In this document: in pieces, positions 61,674 to 64,000 of the stretch
How positions within the stretch are numbered: the first letter of the stretch is position 1
Layout of the letters: every line of letters begins with the position of its first letter
Assembly: GCA_964538435.1 (NCBI GenBank)
Contig: CAZIDX010000001.1
Coordinates: 393 to 64,392 of the forward strand
Reading direction: 5' to 3'
Source: an uncultured Gammaproteobacteria bacterium
Lineage (GTDB): Bacteria; Patescibacteriota; Patescibacteriia; UBA9934; GWF2-40-263
DNA: 64,000 bases
Position numbers and translations under genes: made by a program
Notes under the pieces: model-generated
Databases searched by the model: none
Seen by the model: only the letters and a program-made list of their open reading frames with translations
What the model was told of the DNA's origin: nothing

Positions 61674-62285
61674 ATGAAAGAACTCGTATTTGCAACGCAC
61701 AATCCAGGCAAAACCGAGGAGATGCGACAGATCCTTGGAGACCTGGGAATCAGCATCCTATCACTCGAGGATCTCGGTATCGATCACGACACCGTGGAGG
61801 ATCAAGACACCTTCAAGGGTAATGCGCTCAAGAAGGCTCGTGAAGCCGCTGAGCTCACAGGCAAGTGGGCCGTAGCTGACGATTCCGGCATCTGCATCGA
61901 CGCACTCAAAGGTCGCCCCGGAGTCTTCTCGGCTCGCTGGGCCCAGATGGAAGCTCCTGGCACAGGCGTTGTCGAGCACACGCTCAACCAGCTCAAGGGC
62001 GTGCCCGAAGCAGAGCGCCAAGCTCAGTTCGTCTCGGTTGCAGCGCTCGTGGCTCCAGACGGGCGTGAGTGGGTGTTCCGCGGCGAAGCAAAGGGCGAGA
62101 TCCTCCTGGCCCCTGTCGATGGAGGTCACAAACCCAAGCTGCCCTACGACATCATCTTCAGGCCAGAAGGTCACAAGCAGACCTTCTCCCAGATGACTGA
62201 CGAGCTCAAGAACGAGCTCAGCCACCGCGGAATCGCATTCCGCAAGCTCGCTGCGTTCCTCACCGAGAACCGCGACCAGCTCTAG
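61674..62285 (+). CDS. rdgB: Non-canonical purine NTP pyrophosphatase (RdgB/HAM1)
   Basis: ATHNPGK; F.GNALKKA; ADDSG; PGVFSARW; KNELSHRG. Confidence 0.93.
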   Translation: MKELVFATHNPGKTEEMRQILGDLGISILSLEDLGIDHDTVEDQDTFKGNALKKAREAAELTGKWAVADDSGICIDALKGRPGVFSARWAQMEAPGTGVVEHTLNQLKGVPEAERQAQFVSVAALVAPDGREWVFRGEAKGEILLAPVDGGHKPKLPYDIIFRPEGHKQTFSQMTDELKNELSHRGIAFRKLAAFLTENRDQL

Positions 62286-62357
62286 ACTGCACGCCTCGTC
62301 CACCAGGACGGGGTTTTTCCAATCAGAAAACCAGGCCCTGAGCCTGGTTTTTGGTTT

Positions 62358-63596
62358 CTAGTACTTCAGATCAGGATACAGAGGAAACTCCAGCGCCAGC
62401 TCTTTCACTTCCTCGTGAATACGCTCAAGTACAGCATCTTCCTCATGGTTTTCAATCACCTCATCAATCCACGCAGCAATCTTCTTCATCTCACCCTCTT
62501 TCATTCCACGAGTGGTAATCGCCGGCGTTCCCAGTCTGATCCCTGACGGATCCATAGGCCCACGCTCATCATCTGGAATCGCGTTCTTGTTCACAGTAAT
62601 TCCAGCCCTATCAAGTGCTTCCTCTGCTTGTTTTCCAGTCACACCCTTTGGCGTCACATCAATCAGTAAGAGGTGGTTATCAGTTCCGCCAAACATCAGG
62701 TTGTAATCAAGAGATCGAAATGCATTCTCAAGTGTTTTGGCATTTGCTTTGATCTGGCGCGCATATTCCTTGAAACTCGGCTCAAGCGCTTCTTTAAACG
62801 CAACCGCCTTTGCAGCAATCACATTCTCATGCGGGCCGCCTTGCAGCCCAGGGAATACGGCCTTGTTTACGGCCTTACGATGTTTTTTCTTGCAAAGAAT
62901 CATTCCACCTCGTGGACCTCGCAGGGTCTTGTGTGTGGTGGTTGTCACAATGTCAAAGATGGGAACCGGGTTGTTCATCTCACCTCCAGCGATCAATCCA
63001 GCAATGTGAGCCATATCAGCCATGGTAAGCGCACCAACCTCATCAGCGATTCGCTTAATCCGCTCGTAATCAATCTCTCGTGAGTACGCACTGTAGCCAA
63101 CCAAGATGAGCTTTGGCTTATGTTCACGAGCCTTTGCCTCAATGTCGTTGTAATCAATGAGTCCTTCTGTTGTTGTCTTGTACCGCACAAAGTTCCAGAT
63201 CTTACTCATGAACGTGACAGGGTGCCCATGCGTAAGATGCCCACCGTGGGAGAGGTCCATTCCTAAAATCGTCTCTCCAGGCTCAACAAGTGCAACATAG
63301 GCAGCAAGATTGGCTGGAGCACCAGAAAGAGGCTGGACATTCACATGCTCTGCACCAAAGAGCTCCTTTGCACGCTCAATAGCAAGATTCTCCATCACAT
63401 CAATCTCTTGGCATCCACCATAATAACGTTTACCAGGATAGCCTTCAGAGTACTTATTCGTAGCAACAGATCCCAGGGCTTCCAGCACAGCAGAAGAAAC
63501 AAAGTTTTCAGACGGAATAAGCTCCAGTCCTTCTTGTTGGCGAGTTAGTTCCCGCTGCATCGCTTCGCTAAGTTGTGGATCGTATGTACTGATCAT
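62358..63596 (-). CDS. glyA: Serine hydroxymethyltransferase
   Basis: LIPSEN; [14 protein letters not shown]; [14 protein letters not shown]; SGIRLGT. Confidence 0.98.
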   Translation of the reverse strand: MISTYDPQLSEAMQRELTRQQEGLELIPSENFVSSAVLEALGSVATNKYSEGYPGKRYYGGCQEIDVMENLAIERAKELFGAEHVNVQPLSGAPANLAAYVALVEPGETILGMDLSHGGHLTHGHPVTFMSKIWNFVRYKTTTEGLIDYNDIEAKAREHKPKLILVGYSAYSREIDYERIKRIADEVGALTMADMAHIAGLIAGGEMNNPVPIFDIVTTTTHKTLRGPRGGMILCKKKHRKAVNKAVFPGLQGGPHENVIAAKAVAFKEALEPSFKEYARQIKANAKTLENAFRSLDYNLMFGGTDNHLLLIDVTPKGVTGKQAEEALDRAGITVNKNAIPDDERGPMDPSGIRLGTPAITTRGMKEGEMKKIAAWIDEVIENHEEDAVLERIHEEVKELALEFPLYPDLKY

Positions 63597-63607
63597 ATTA
63601 AATGCTA

Positions 63608-63630
63608 GTAGCCGCAGGCTTCAGCCTGCG
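63608..63630 (+). repeat. GTAG-type REP-like hairpin
   Basis: GTAGC-CGCAGGCT-TC-AGCCTGCG. Confidence 0.55.
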
Positions 63631-63809
63631 TTGAATGAAACGCGTCTATTCCTGTATTTTTCATCAGCTACAACATACGAAGCAGATATTAGTGAAATAC
63701 TTAGTATGTACATTCTACGTGGCCCCATTGCTATTGACAACCTGGGAAAATATGGCTAAGTTACGTCAACCACGTTGCTTCATCGTGTGTGTGGACTTAG
63801 GAGGTCCAG

Positions 63810-64000
63810 ATGTATACAGATGTGACCTCCCGGATTCCTCTCGAGCTAGACTCAGGCCTCATGCGAGGGTCTGCTCGATACCTGCTACGCCTACCTGAAG
63901 AACCCGACATGCAGCAGTTGACTAGGTTGATCGCCGGGGATCAGCTCGCAGTGAGCAGTGACGGTCATCAGGTGGCAGCAGTGGTGCCAGAAGCGTCTGG
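63810..64000 (+). CDS. Hypothetical protein, 5' part (guest unit; continues beyond the window)
   Basis: SD AGGAGG; TTGACA-N17-TAAGTT at 63734; frame open to the window end (MYTDVTSRIPLELD...). Confidence 0.65.
   Translation, partial: MYTDVTSRIPLELDSGLMRGSARYLLRLPEEPDMQQLTRLIAGDQLAVSSDGHQVAAVVPEAS

Overview
The window looks like chromosomal DNA from a Patescibacteria/CPR bacterium, possibly Uhrbacteria-like. That assignment is an inference from gene content, a short HrcA, SD-less core genes and CPR-type palindromes. The standard genetic code fits. The window is a fine-grained mosaic of two gene classes. (1) Moderate-GC housekeeping genes: ftsI, murF, coaC-like, recQ, hrcA-grpE-dnaK/dnaJ with a perfect CIRCE, tgt, a Clp ATPase, rplU, recR, dnaB, folD, glyA and tRNA-Glu. 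These mostly have extended -10 promoters, short leaders and no Shine-Dalgarno. (2) About 20 GC-rich 'guest' units inserted between them. Nearly all start with TTGACA-N17-TAnnnT, carry an SD-led ORF, and end in a hairpin with a TTTTCTAATTG-like tail. Guest units form head-to-tail arrays (28.7-34.8 kb), include promoter-terminator units with no ORF, and are often bordered by long palindromes, one of which lies in a 104-bp near-exact duplication. Other notable items are two GIY-YIG mini-elements with co-varying inverted ends, a G7-frameshifted XRE regulator, four pilin-like ORFs, an element built from tRNA-Glu pieces, a Tyr-Tyr-Tyr leader peptide, and a PspA-like/ABC/AAA/radical-SAM operon. No integrase, transposase, reverse transcriptase or cas gene is visible. 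All family calls are from motif recognition by eye, not database searches.
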